Positions 15,202-24,461 are shown, numbered from the stretch's first letter. The stretch: 27,682 bases of DNA from an uncultured Anaerolineales bacterium (GCA_964486415.1 CAZANJ010000002.1:1-27682), one strand, 5' to 3'. Notes: a model not told the origin generated them from the sequence alone. Numbers and translations are program-made.

Positions 15202-15701
15202 ATAGTAACAGCAATCCTGCCGAGGCCTGGGAAGGTGACCTGAAAACAATCGCGGAGCGGCTGCAGCGTCGAAATCTGATATCGCCGGAGCAAGCCACGA
15301 CCTTGGAAGCGCTGACCAGTGAGTTTGAGAGACTTTCCAAGTACGAGCCCGGTATGGCGATGCCGCTGGTAGCCACGATATTCTGGGCTGTCGAGTTCGA
15401 GCGGCTGTCACAGCAGCAGGCACAGGCCGCCGGGATGGTGGCGTGGGTGCGCAGCGCGGTTCCACTCACTGGGGAAGAGCGCGAACAGCTCAGACGCCGT
15501 CTACGAGAACATTTCGGTCAAGATTTTGTCCTGCGCGTGGAGGTTGACCCGTCACTCATTGGCGGCCTGGTGGTTCGAGCCAAAGACCGGGTCTTCGACA
15601 GCAGCGTTGCTGGCAGGTTGGACGCCCTCGATGAACGCCTGAGAACCGCTGTTGAAGAACAGATATCACTTGCTCAGGAACTCCAAGAGACAGATGAATA
15701 A
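15198..15701 (+). CDS. atpH: ATP synthase delta-like protein (canonical C-terminal domain, unrecognised N-terminal domain)
   Basis: VRSAVPL..L...L...VDPSLIGGLVVR..D.V.DSSV.GRL. Confidence 0.85.
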   Translation: MNSNSNPAEAWEGDLKTIAERLQRRNLISPEQATTLEALTSEFERLSKYEPGMAMPLVATIFWAVEFERLSQQQAQAAGMVAWVRSAVPLTGEEREQLRRRLREHFGQDFVLRVEVDPSLIGGLVVRAKDRVFDSSVAGRLDALDERLRTAVEEQISLAQELQETDE

Positions 15702-15715
15702 AAAGGAGTAGCCGT

Positions 15716-16024
15716 ATGCCACAAATTCCCGAATTGGCGAACGCCGTTCTCTTTTTTGCTCCCGGCTTCCTGCTCGTGCAGACGCTCTACCTTGGCGGCA
15801 TTGCACGCAGACGCTCGAATTTTGAAACGGTGGTCTGGAGCGTCATCGTCGGTGTGTTCATCCGTTGGGCCTCCGCGGAGCTTGTCGGACGACTTAGTTT
15901 GGGGATCGAGCCAGGCTTGGATCTGGAGATAGCTCTCCTGGGCCTGACCCTCGCTGCGGGTGTGATTGTACGAACGTTTGTCTCCCTGTTTGCCTTCGGG
16001 AGAGAGGAAGAGGAACGGGTATAG
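15716..16024 (+). CDS. small hypothetical membrane protein (about 3 TM), possibly DUF6338-like
   Basis: SD AAGGAG; hydrophobic, with FFAPGFL...SNFETVVWS. The family resemblance is from memory only. Confidence 0.6.
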   Translation: MPQIPELANAVLFFAPGFLLVQTLYLGGIARRRSNFETVVWSVIVGVFIRWASAELVGRLSLGIEPGLDLEIALLGLTLAAGVIVRTFVSLFAFGREEEERV

Positions 16025-16027
16025 GTA

Positions 16028-16141
16028 ATGACCAATGAGCCAATTACAAATGATAGCGGGCTGATGGTGCGCGTGGGCGAGTGGGTGGTGGGCGGCAGCG
16101 TCGCTGGACAACTAGAGCAATTGCAACAATCCTTGATCTAG
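16028..16141 (+). pseudogene. 37-codon ORF carrying the C-terminal end of a second ATP synthase delta domain
   Basis: GLMVRVGEWVVGGSVAGQLEQLQQSL aligns without gaps to GLVVRAKDRVFDSSVAGRLDALDERL of the upstream delta (12/26 identical). Confidence 0.6.
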
Positions 16142-16218
16142 AAGATAATATCTCACTGTAGTTGTTTATCAATCCGGTCTGGCAAGTAGTTGATAAGATA
16201 GTTCAACCGCAGAAATGT

Positions 16219-16255
16219 AAGAGCAGTTCGTACTCAGTTTGTGCGGACTGCTCTT
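16219..16255 (+). terminator. 15-bp stem-loop, possible terminator or stabiliser after the atp cluster
   Basis: AAGAGCAGTTCGTAC-tcagttt-GTGCGGACTGCTCTT, fully paired allowing two G-U pairs; the U-tract is weak. Confidence 0.45.
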
Positions 16256-16314
16256 GTGGTTTTCTGGCTGACGGAGAAAGCCTAATCTGCTGAATAGAGG
16301 GAGGAACCGAAAAG

Positions 16315-16539
16315 ATGACTACTCGTGAAGTCATATTAAATATGCCCGAGGGGCTGTACAGTCAGCTTGAAGCGGCAGCGACTCAGATGCAGCGTGATAC
16401 CAACTCGGTTATCTTGGATGCTCTTTCTGCCTACGTTCCTCCTCTTACGCCCGATTTGAACGCTGAGTTAGCGGCCTGGGACACTCTCAGCGACGAGGCC
16501 CTATGGGACTTCGAAAGCGATCTGAAGACTTCAAGCTGA
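16315..16539 (+). CDS. putative type II antitoxin (RHH-like N-terminus, acidic C-terminus)
   Basis: 74 aa, SD GGAGG, TGATG overlap with a PemK-like gene; ELAAWD..SDEALW tail. Confidence 0.7.
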   Translation: MTTREVILNMPEGLYSQLEAAATQMQRDTNSVILDALSAYVPPLTPDLNAELAAWDTLSDEALWDFESDLKTSS

Positions 16540-16876
16540 TGCACCAGGGTGACGTTTATCTCGTGCAACTGCCCGTGGTCGATGGTCGGGAACAAGCCGG
16601 TAGCCGACCGACTATCATCATTCAGGATCCGGTGACCGGCGGGCCGCCCCCACTGTCTTAATCGTTCCTCTGACCTCCCAGATGGCGGCCTCCAGATTCC
16701 CCGGCACCCTGGTCATTTAACCTGATGACCAGAACAGCTTAGTGTCCAAATCGGTGGCGCTTGTCTTTCAGACTCGTGCCATCGATCGGCGACGGCTGGG
16801 GGCAAGGTTGGGCTCCATCAAGCCTCGACAATTGGAGAAAATCCTTCAGTTGCTCGATCAACTCCTTGGCAGGTAG
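16539..16876 (+). pseudogene. PemK/MazF-family toxin pseudogene
   Basis: MHQGDVYLVQLP..DGREQAGSRPTIIIQD, then a frameshift near 16640-16650, then PTVLIVPLTS..FPGTLVI*(TAA 16718-16720)PD..SVALVFQTRAIDRRRL..LGSI..LDQLLGR*. Confidence 0.85.
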
Positions 16877-16970
16877 AATTCCTAACGTAAGCCCCACGCT
16901 TTTTGGGAGCAAAATTATTGCTCGGCGCCTTTGTGGTATCTAATGGTGTAGACGAGTTAGGAACACAGAA

Positions 16971-18524
16971 ATGAAACTGAGCTGTCTGCTCGAAGCTTTG
17001 CCCGCTATTCTGGCGCGAATCGGCGACGATGTTGAGATACATAACATCGTCGCCGATTCGCGCCAGGTGCACCCCGGTGATCTTTTCATCGCCATCCCTG
17101 GTCTCACGGTCGATGGTCATCGCTTCGTCGCCGAAGCTGTGGCGAAAGGCGCAGCCGCTATCGCTGGCGAGAGGTCCCTTGATGACCTGCTGGATTTACC
17201 GCGCTCCATTCCTTACATCCGCGTTCCCAATGCACGGGAAGCCTGGGGCTGGTTGTGCGCTGCTTGGCACGATTTCCCCGCTCGAAAAATGACACTCATC
17301 GGTGTCACTGGCACGGATGGAAAGACTACCACAGTCAACTTCGTCCACGCTATCCTGCGCGCTGCGGGAGCCAACGTAGGGATGCTTAGCACCGTGAGCG
17401 CGCACATCGATGGAGAAGAGGTCGATACAGGGCTTCACACAACAACCCCCGATCCCCCTGATGTTCAGCGATATCTGGCCCGTATGTTAGAGGCTGGCGC
17501 CACACACGCTGTGCTGGAGGTCACATCGCATGGGCTGGCTCAGCAGCGGGTGGCAGGTTGTGATTTCGACGTGGCCGCTTTGACCAATATAACCCATGAG
17601 CACCTTGATTTTCACCATTCTCTGGATGCCTATCGACGAGCCAAGGCCCGTCTCTTCGAGGGGCTGGCGCATTCCTTTCGCAAGCGTGGCGTGCCAAAGG
17701 TTGCGGTTCTCAATCGAGACGATGCTTCCTTCTCTTTCATGAGCGCCATTTCTGTTGATCGAAAACTTCACTACGCTATAGAGAGCGAGGCTGATGTAAC
17801 TGCTCGTGAAATCCGCTTCGCTCCTGACCGGACTGGATTTATACTGGTCGCGCCCACTGGCGAGATCGCTGTGGAGACACACCTGGTGGGGGCCTACAAT
17901 GTGAGCAATGCTCTGGCTGCAGCGACTATCGGTGTGGCTATAGGCCTTTCCTTGGAGGATATTGCGGAGGGAATCGCCGCTTTGCGCAGCGTTCCTGGGC
18001 GGATGGAGCGTATCGAGGAGGGACAGGATTTCCTGGCCCTCGTCGATTTCGCGCATACACCCAACGCGTTGGCGCAAGCGCTGCAAACAGCACAGAGTAT
18101 GACGACCGGGCGTGTGCTCGTCGTCTTCGGCTGTGCGGGTCTGCGAGATCGGGATAAGCGCCCTATGATGGGGCGAATTGCTGGACAGTTGGCCGATGTG
18201 GTGATTGTCACCGCCGAGGATCCACGCACCGAAAGCCTGGATGAGATTATGAGGCTCGTCGTCTCCGCTGCTGAGGAAACGGGTAAGCGTGAGGGAGTTG
18301 ACCTATTCCGTGTTCCGGATCGGGGAGAAGCACTCATGAAGGCATGTGAGGTGGCGGAAAGCGGCGATGTTGTCATCGCTTGCGGAAAAGGGCATGAACA
18401 GAGCATGTGCTTCGGCGCCACTGAATATCCTTGGGACGACCGCGAGGCGATGCGGCTCGCGGTTCAAGGGAAGACTCTGAACACACTTCCGACAGTTGAG
18501 GTAGAGGATGGGGAAGGAGAATGA
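16971..18524 (+). CDS. murE: UDP-N-acetylmuramoyl-dipeptide--diamino acid ligase
   Basis: DSRQV..GDLFIA, GVTGTDGKTT, TTPD, EVTSHGL, TNITHEHLDFH, VDFAHTP, FGCAG.RD..KR, GKGHE. Confidence 0.93.
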   Translation: MKLSCLLEALPAILARIGDDVEIHNIVADSRQVHPGDLFIAIPGLTVDGHRFVAEAVAKGAAAIAGERSLDDLLDLPRSIPYIRVPNAREAWGWLCAAWHDFPARKMTLIGVTGTDGKTTTVNFVHAILRAAGANVGMLSTVSAHIDGEEVDTGLHTTTPDPPDVQRYLARMLEAGATHAVLEVTSHGLAQQRVAGCDFDVAALTNITHEHLDFHHSLDAYRRAKARLFEGLAHSFRKRGVPKVAVLNRDDASFSFMSAISVDRKLHYAIESEADVTAREIRFAPDRTGFILVAPTGEIAVETHLVGAYNVSNALAAATIGVAIGLSLEDIAEGIAALRSVPGRMERIEEGQDFLALVDFAHTPNALAQALQTAQSMTTGRVLVVFGCAGLRDRDKRPMMGRIAGQLADVVIVTAEDPRTESLDEIMRLVVSAAEETGKREGVDLFRVPDRGEALMKACEVAESGDVVIACGKGHEQSMCFGATEYPWDDREAMRLAVQGKTLNTLPTVEVEDGEGE

Positions 18525-18528
18525 AGGC

Positions 18529-19293
18529 ATGCCATATGTGGAAATAGTCGATGGGAACCTTTTCTATAGCCTGAGCCGAGGAGAGAAGGGCTATCCTGCG
18601 TTGGTACTTGTGCATGGGGCTGGAGGCAGCCGTTTGCATTGGCCGCCAGAACTACGTCGTTTACCTGGCGCCACGGTCTACACGCTTGATCTGCCCGGTC
18701 ACGGGCGTTCGGATGGTCCTGGTCATGATACCATAGAGGGCTACGCGGGTGCAGTCGCTACTTTCCTTAGCACACTTGATATCGAGCGAATTGTTGTCGT
18801 GGGGCATTCTATGGGCGGAGCCATAGCCCAGGCTTTGGCTCTGGGATCACCGGACCGGCTGACCGGGCTAGTGCTGATGGCGACTGGAGCGCGGCTGCGT
18901 GTAGCCCCATTCATTCTCCGGGGAATCTGTGATGACTTTGAGGAGACTGTAGGGATTATCACGCGGTTAGCTTGGTCTCCGGAGACAAGCCCGGATTTGA
19001 TTGAACTGGGGCGGCAAGCGCTTTTGGATGCGGGGCCCGCTGTGCTGAAGAGTGATTTTGTGGCATGTGACCGCTTCAACGTGATGGAGAGGTTGGGGGA
19101 GATCAGCGTTCCCACCTTGGTCATCGGCGGTACAGCGGATCAACTCACGTCGGTCAAGTATGCGCACTTTTTAGCCGAGCACATCCCCAGCGCTCAATCC
19201 TTGATCCTTGAAGGCGCTGGGCATATGGTTATGTTGGAGCGGCCCCGACAGGTTTCAGCAGCGATAAGTGGATTTCTTATGGAACTCCGTTAG
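18529..19293 (+). CDS. alpha/beta fold hydrolase (start set at ATG 18529)
   Basis: LVHGAGG, DLPGHGRS, nucleophile GHSMGG, acid GTAD, His in AGHMVMLE. Confidence 0.9.
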   Translation: MPYVEIVDGNLFYSLSRGEKGYPALVLVHGAGGSRLHWPPELRRLPGATVYTLDLPGHGRSDGPGHDTIEGYAGAVATFLSTLDIERIVVVGHSMGGAIAQALALGSPDRLTGLVLMATGARLRVAPFILRGICDDFEETVGIITRLAWSPETSPDLIELGRQALLDAGPAVLKSDFVACDRFNVMERLGEISVPTLVIGGTADQLTSVKYAHFLAEHIPSAQSLILEGAGHMVMLERPRQVSAAISGFLMELR

Positions 19294-19440
19294 GTTCTGA
19301 AGTCAGGCCGCTCACCCGGCTTTCTAGTTTAGAGATCATTGAAAAACTTGCTCCGAGACCCGTTTCGGTCCGCCCGTTGAAGGTGGGCTAGAGCAATTTT
19401 TAATGCTCTCTTTCTCTTATTTCACTCATCCCTCACGTTT

Positions 19441-20703
19441 TCAAATTTGCACGAACAGATTGAGGAAGTCCTCGTTGCTCTGAGTTCGTTTGAGGACACT
19501 GAGTAACTCTTGCATTGCTTGGCCCCTGCTGTAACCGGAGCTTTGCGAATCCAAGAAGCGCTGTCGCATCATCCACACCTTCTGCTGTGTATCCTCATCT
19601 AGCAGCAATTCCTCTCGACGTGTGCCCGAACGCTCGATGTCGAAAGCCGGGAAGATACGGCGTTCCTGCAACAGGCGGCTCAGATGGAGCTCCATGTTGC
19701 CGGTGCCCTTGAATTCCTCGTAGATCATGTCGTCCATCCTGCTACCTGTGTCTATCAGACATGTGGCGATAATGGTCAGACTGCCTCCCTCCTCAATGTT
19801 GCGAGCTGCACCAAAGAAGTGCTTGGGGGGATAGAGCGCGCCGGGATCAAGCCCGCCAGAGAGAGTGCGACCACTAGGCTGCACCACCAAGTTGTAAGCT
19901 CGCGAGAGTCGGGTGATGCTGTCTAGAAGAATGACGACATTCTCTTGTTTCTCCACCAACCGCTTGGCCCGTGCCAGGGCTGTCTCCGCCACCTGAGCGT
20001 GACTGCGCACTCGCTCATCGAATGTCGAACTTATCACTTCGGCATCCACTGAGCGATCCATATCGGTGACCTCCTCAGGTCTTTCGCCGATTAGCGCCAC
20101 CATCAGATGAACTTCCGGGTGGTTAGTCGTTATGCCGTTGGCTATGCGCTTGAGCACGGTGGTTTTGCCCGCTTTCGGTGGAGATACGATGAGGCCGCGT
20201 TGCCCCTTCCCAATCGGCGCGATCATGCTTAGCAATCGTGTCGTTAAATCTCCGTCCAGTATGAACGGTTCATCAGGAAATATTGGCGTCAGCGACTCGA
20301 AGTGGGGACGGTGCTTGGCAATTTCTGGATCATCGCTATTGACTGCCTCCACGCGCAGGAGGCTGTAGTACCTCTCATTCTCCTTGGGCGGCCTTATCTG
20401 CCCGATCACCAGATCGCCCGTGCGCAACCCAAAGCGTCTGATCTGGGATTGTGAGACATAGATGTCGTTCGGCCCCGGCTTATACTTTTCAGGGCGCAAA
20501 TAACCCTTATTCTCATCGATTATGTCCAGCACGCCGCCGCCGAAGATCAATCCCTCTTGTTCTGTTTTAGCTTGTAGTAGGCGGATGATCAAGTCGTCTT
20601 TGTTCAAACGGCTATAACCGGACACGTCCCAATCTCGGGCCAAATCGCGTAGCTCCGTCAGCGTCTTAGCTTGCATATCGGCTATGTTGATTTCTGAGTT
20701 CAC
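19441..20703 (-). CDS. rho: transcription termination factor Rho
   Basis: N-terminal L..LAR helix domain, [57 protein letters not shown]. Confidence 0.98.
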   Translation of the reverse strand: MNSEINIADMQAKTLTELRDLARDWDVSGYSRLNKDDLIIRLLQAKTEQEGLIFGGGVLDIIDENKGYLRPEKYKPGPNDIYVSQSQIRRFGLRTGDLVIGQIRPPKENERYYSLLRVEAVNSDDPEIAKHRPHFESLTPIFPDEPFILDGDLTTRLLSMIAPIGKGQRGLIVSPPKAGKTTVLKRIANGITTNHPEVHLMVALIGERPEEVTDMDRSVDAEVISSTFDERVRSHAQVAETALARAKRLVEKQENVVILLDSITRLSRAYNLVVQPSGRTLSGGLDPGALYPPKHFFGAARNIEEGGSLTIIATCLIDTGSRMDDMIYEEFKGTGNMELHLSRLLQERRIFPAFDIERSGTRREELLLDEDTQQKVWMMRQRFLDSQSSGYSRGQAMQELLSVLKRTQSNEDFLNLFVQI

Positions 20704-20782
20704 ATTCCTTTCTCCTATTTTTCAAAACTTTTCCATTGTAACTGCTTGAGTTGAATCTGGTGATTTGAATATAGCTTAGCAG

Positions 20783-21796
20783 TTACTCTTCGTCATATTT
20801 GGCCATGTACTCTTCTGCTTTTTTAACTAACTCTCGATTACCGACAAAAAGCGGGGTGCGTTGGTGCAAATTATGTGGCTTTATATCGAGAAGGTTCTGA
20901 TGCCCGTCTGAAGCGTATCCACCAGCTTGTTCGGCGATGAAGGCTAGAGGATTGGCTTCGTAAATCAAGCGCAATTTGCCTTCTGGTCTTCTTGGATCGG
21001 CTGGATAATAGAATATCCCTCCCGCTAACAGGTTGCGGTGAAAGTCGGCCACCAGTGCGCCAATATACCGACTGGAGAGCATTTTGCGCTTATTACCTTC
21101 ATCGCGCCCTTGTAACCAATGAGTGTAGCGTCGTATGCCCTCGCTCCAGTATTGCTCATATGCTTGGTTGGTGCTGTAGTACTTGGCTTCTTCGGGAATT
21201 TTGATGTCGGGGTGGGAGAGCAAAAACTCTCCTATGCTGGGATCTAGGGTGAAGCCGTGTACTCCTTTCCCTGTTGTATAGACCATCATAGTGCTAGAGC
21301 CGTAGATGATGTAGCCAGCAGCGATCATTGCTGACCCTTTTTGTAAACAATCCTCTTCATTCCCCGGTCCACTTGTGCTCACTCGTTGGTAAATGGCAAA
21401 TATCGTGCCGATAGTAGCGTTGACGTCGATGTTGGATGACCCATCAAGAGGATCGAAGACGAGTACATATTTACCTGTCTTGTACCTTGGGGTAATTGGT
21501 ATGATACCTTCGCGTTCCTCAGAGGCCATTACGGCTAGGCGATCAGTGTAGGAATTCATGCGAATGATGACCTCATTGGCGAAGACATCAAGTTTCATCT
21601 GCTGCTCGCCTTGAACGTTGACTTCTCCGGCTTTGCCTAGAATGTCGACTAATCCGGCGCGAGTAGCTTCGCGGGAAATTATTTTACCAGTCAGAGCCAT
21701 GTCGTATAGCAAGCTGGAAAATACCCCGGTCGCTTCTGGATGTTCTCTCTCTTGCTCAATAATATGTCTCTCAATAGTGATGATTTGGTCAACCAT
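20783..21796 (-). CDS. fbp: class 1 fructose-1,6-bisphosphatase
   Basis: [51 protein letters not shown]. Confidence 0.96.
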   Translation of the reverse strand: MVDQIITIERHIIEQEREHPEATGVFSSLLYDMALTGKIISREATRAGLVDILGKAGEVNVQGEQQMKLDVFANEVIIRMNSYTDRLAVMASEEREGIIPITPRYKTGKYVLVFDPLDGSSNIDVNATIGTIFAIYQRVSTSGPGNEEDCLQKGSAMIAAGYIIYGSSTMMVYTTGKGVHGFTLDPSIGEFLLSHPDIKIPEEAKYYSTNQAYEQYWSEGIRRYTHWLQGRDEGNKRKMLSSRYIGALVADFHRNLLAGGIFYYPADPRRPEGKLRLIYEANPLAFIAEQAGGYASDGHQNLLDIKPHNLHQRTPLFVGNRELVKKAEEYMAKYDEE

Positions 21797-21852
21797 AAGT
21801 TTCTCCTGTGTGTGTTACTTGTGTTTCCTGACCTTGCCCGTTTTGATTTGTC

Positions 21853-22263
21853 TCAATCAAGATACCATACCCATCGAGCGCCGCGCATTTCACGAATGAT
21901 ATCGGTGGTCGAAAGAATCCCCAAGGGCTTATCATTTTTATCCACCACTAGCAAGCGGTGAATGTGGCTCTCCAATAACTTTTGGGCTGCTTCCTCCACT
22001 GTGGCGTTCTCCGATATGCTGATGACTTCAGGAGTCATCACATCACGGGCTTGAAAGGCTGTTAAATCCTCCCCATAGTGAGAGATGGTATCTGTATGGG
22101 ATACTACTCCTACAGGAGGCGCACCTTCTCTTTCGGCCACCATGATGGCATGGATCTCTGTATCTGCCATCACTCGAACTACTTCCTGGAGGGGAGTTTC
22201 GGGTTTGCAGAAGATGACCCCTTTGTGGTATATATCGCGCACCAGTCGTTCTCTTTCATTCAT
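21853..22263 (-). CDS. tandem CBS-domain protein
   Basis: Two CBS repeats (VGVVSHTD; ARDVMT.EV..I.E.ATVEEAA..L....IHRLLVVD...LGILSTTD). Confidence 0.9.
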   Translation of the reverse strand: MNERERLVRDIYHKGVIFCKPETPLQEVVRVMADTEIHAIMVAEREGAPPVGVVSHTDTISHYGEDLTAFQARDVMTPEVISISENATVEEAAQKLLESHIHRLLVVDKNDKPLGILSTTDIIREMRGARWVWYLD

Positions 22264-22342
22264 CTTAGTCTCCTCTCACTTTTAACTTAACTTTCAACTT
22301 GTTCGTTGAGATCATTCTGCGAGCTTTTCATAGATGGCAGTT

Positions 22343-23155
22343 TCAGATTGTGAACCATAAGACATAGTAATAACCGATTACCGCTGCCCATAACATGCTA
22401 TCCACTCGATCTAGAGCACCGCCGTGACCAGGGAACAGGTGACCGCTGTCCTTTGCTCCAACTTGACGCTTGATCATAGAGATAGAGAGATCGCCCAGCG
22501 GCGTCAATGTAGCGATAAATAAGCCTAAAAAGAGGCCATGTTTGCCTCCGATGGGTGTGCTCGGCCCAAGGTGAGCGCGCCATAGTAAGCTCCATAAGAT
22601 GGTCGCTAACGTGCCGACGATTACACCGCCGATGTATCCTTCCCAGGTTTTGCCTGAACTCAGGGTGGGGGATAACTTATGCTGTCCCCAAGTCGATCCA
22701 ACGAAGTAGGCCCCACTGTCTACGAATGCAGTGGATGCTATCACTATCAGAGTCCATCCCAGTCCGTCATTCGGCGCCTGGCGTAGGGCGATCAAGTGAG
22801 CCCCGCACAATCCCAGGTAAAGTCCCCCCGTTACGGTTAGTGTCCAATCTGCAACTTGATAACGTTGATGGTGGAACACATGCCACGCTAAGGAACCGAG
22901 TAGGATCACGGCCAAGCCGGGTTGTAGCAAGCTTAAAGTTGGGAATTGAGCATTCAGTAGTAGAATCCACACAAGTCCGATGCTGAGGGCGGTTGTTGGT
23001 CTGAAGCCGTTGCGAGCTACCAGACGACAAAACTCAACTACTGCCAATGTCAGCAGCAGTGTTACCAGAGCTAGTAACAGCCAATCGCCCTCGCAGATGC
23101 ACACAATGGCGATCGGGATTAGAATTACAGCGGTGATAAGACGTGAGTTTAACAC
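22343..23155 (-). CDS. cdsA: phosphatidate cytidylyltransferase (start set at GTG 23155; uncertain)
   Basis: DSGAYFVG, LSPTLSSGKTWEG, GDLSISMIKR..GAKDSG.LFPGHGGALDRVDS. Confidence 0.93.
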   Translation of the reverse strand: MLNSRLITAVILIPIAIVCICEGDWLLLALVTLLLTLAVVEFCRLVARNGFRPTTALSIGLVWILLLNAQFPTLSLLQPGLAVILLGSLAWHVFHHQRYQVADWTLTVTGGLYLGLCGAHLIALRQAPNDGLGWTLIVIASTAFVDSGAYFVGSTWGQHKLSPTLSSGKTWEGYIGGVIVGTLATILWSLLWRAHLGPSTPIGGKHGLFLGLFIATLTPLGDLSISMIKRQVGAKDSGHLFPGHGGALDRVDSMLWAAVIGYYYVLWFTI

Positions 23156-23593
23156 GACGCCGAAGCACTTTGACAGTGGTCGTAATGAGCGTTCATGGCT
23201 GCAACCGTTTGCATATAGACCTGGGCAAGCATTCATCTTGAGTGATAAGTGCGGAATGTGAGCTTTCAAACAAGTGAGGATCCTAGATTCTCTTAAACTC
23301 TTAGACTTTTCAAGATGGCATGGCAGCTTCTACACCGTTGCCACGCCCGGTGTGGTAACTCGGCCCGCTAAAGAAACCGCATATCTAAGCTTGTTCATAG
23401 AGCCTGCGCTTCAGGAGTATTAAACGGAGACAACCTGCGAAGCATTCTTTGAACCCATCGCACTGAGCGTTGATGTGGGAAGCTATTCGCGCTGTTTGGC
23501 TTTCTAAAGGAGGCCCGAAAAGCATATCGCCCAAGTTTAAATTCCCTTGGGGGGGAATCAGTCACCTCGAATGGACGATATCACTGGAATGAC

Positions 23594-24328
23594 TTAAGGG
23601 AGTATCCCAAAACGGCGTTCGCGCTGTTTGTAGTCCTTCAGCGCTTTGTAGAACTCGTCTTTGTCAAAATCGGGCCACAGCGTGGGGGTTGTATAAAACT
23701 CTGCGTATGCTCCTTGCCAGATGAGGAAGTTGCTAATCCTCATCTCTCCACTGGTGCGAATGATCATGTCGGGGTCGGGTATCCCGGCTGTGTAAAGATA
23801 TTGGCTAACAAGTTCTTCATCTACCTGATCAGCCGGGACCTTGTCAGTTATGATGTCCCGTATTGCATCTACAATCTCGGCTCGACCGCCATAGTTGAAG
23901 GCCACATTGAGAATTAAGCGTTGGTTATCTTGAGTCAATTCGATGGCGTGTTTGACCTTTTGCTGCAACTCTGGGGAAATCCGCTCCAGACGACCGATAT
24001 GGCGCAACTGAACACCTTGCTCGTTTAGCCTGGACAGTTCTCGGTCGATCACCTGTTCTATGATAGACAGCAGGCCCTTAACCTCTCTCTCTGGTCGATC
24101 CCAATTTTCTGTCGAGAAGGCATAGATGGTGAGGACCGAAACCCCGAACTCAACTGCTGCGCGTAGTACTCTGCGCAAATTTTCAGTTCCTGCTCGGTGT
24201 CCGGCCAGCCGAGGTAACCCACGCCTTCTAGCCCAGCGCCCGTTGCCGTCCATAATGATACCGACGTGCTCCGGTACTTTCTCTAGAGGTGGATAACGCT
24301 GATTGTCCTGTGTTTTGTCAGAGGGCAT
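23594..24328 (-). CDS. uppS: isoprenyl diphosphate synthase
   Basis: HVGIIMDGNGRWA, YAFSTENW, NYGGRAEI, DMIIRTSGEMRISNFLIWQ. Confidence 0.97.
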   Translation of the reverse strand: MPSDKTQDNQRYPPLEKVPEHVGIIMDGNGRWARRRGLPRLAGHRAGTENLRRVLRAAVEFGVSVLTIYAFSTENWDRPEREVKGLLSIIEQVIDRELSRLNEQGVQLRHIGRLERISPELQQKVKHAIELTQDNQRLILNVAFNYGGRAEIVDAIRDIITDKVPADQVDEELVSQYLYTAGIPDPDMIIRTSGEMRISNFLIWQGAYAEFYTTPTLWPDFDKDEFYKALKDYKQRERRFGILP

Positions 24329-24461
24329 GATTCGTGGATTGATGGATGTGAGGGGATATCAGGTCAGTGCTAGGGAATATCCAGAATAAAACTGAACTCG
24401 CCCAAAATTGAAGCTTTTCACTGGAAATTAGTCATTTGGGGAATTACTTTTCTGGAACGGT

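Noticed and set aside
570-15469. Long antisense or alternate-frame ORFs (e.g. 570-1181, 2822-3442, 7543-8577, 8749-9351, 10167-10805, 14827-15465)
   Set aside because: They lie opposite well-conserved genes in GC-rich DNA and show no motifs; they are shadow ORFs.
13006-15701. N-ATPase (Na+-pumping) operon
   Set aside because: There is no atpR, no atpD-atpC at the front, and c lacks Na+ ligands.
16640-16661. Programmed frameshift producing an active toxin
   Set aside because: There is no recognisable slippery heptamer, and a second in-frame stop follows at 16718.
19390-19410. Intrinsic terminator between the hydrolase gene and rho
   Set aside because: Only a 6-bp AT-rich stem (AGAGCA/TGCTCT) with an interrupted U-tract; too weak to call.
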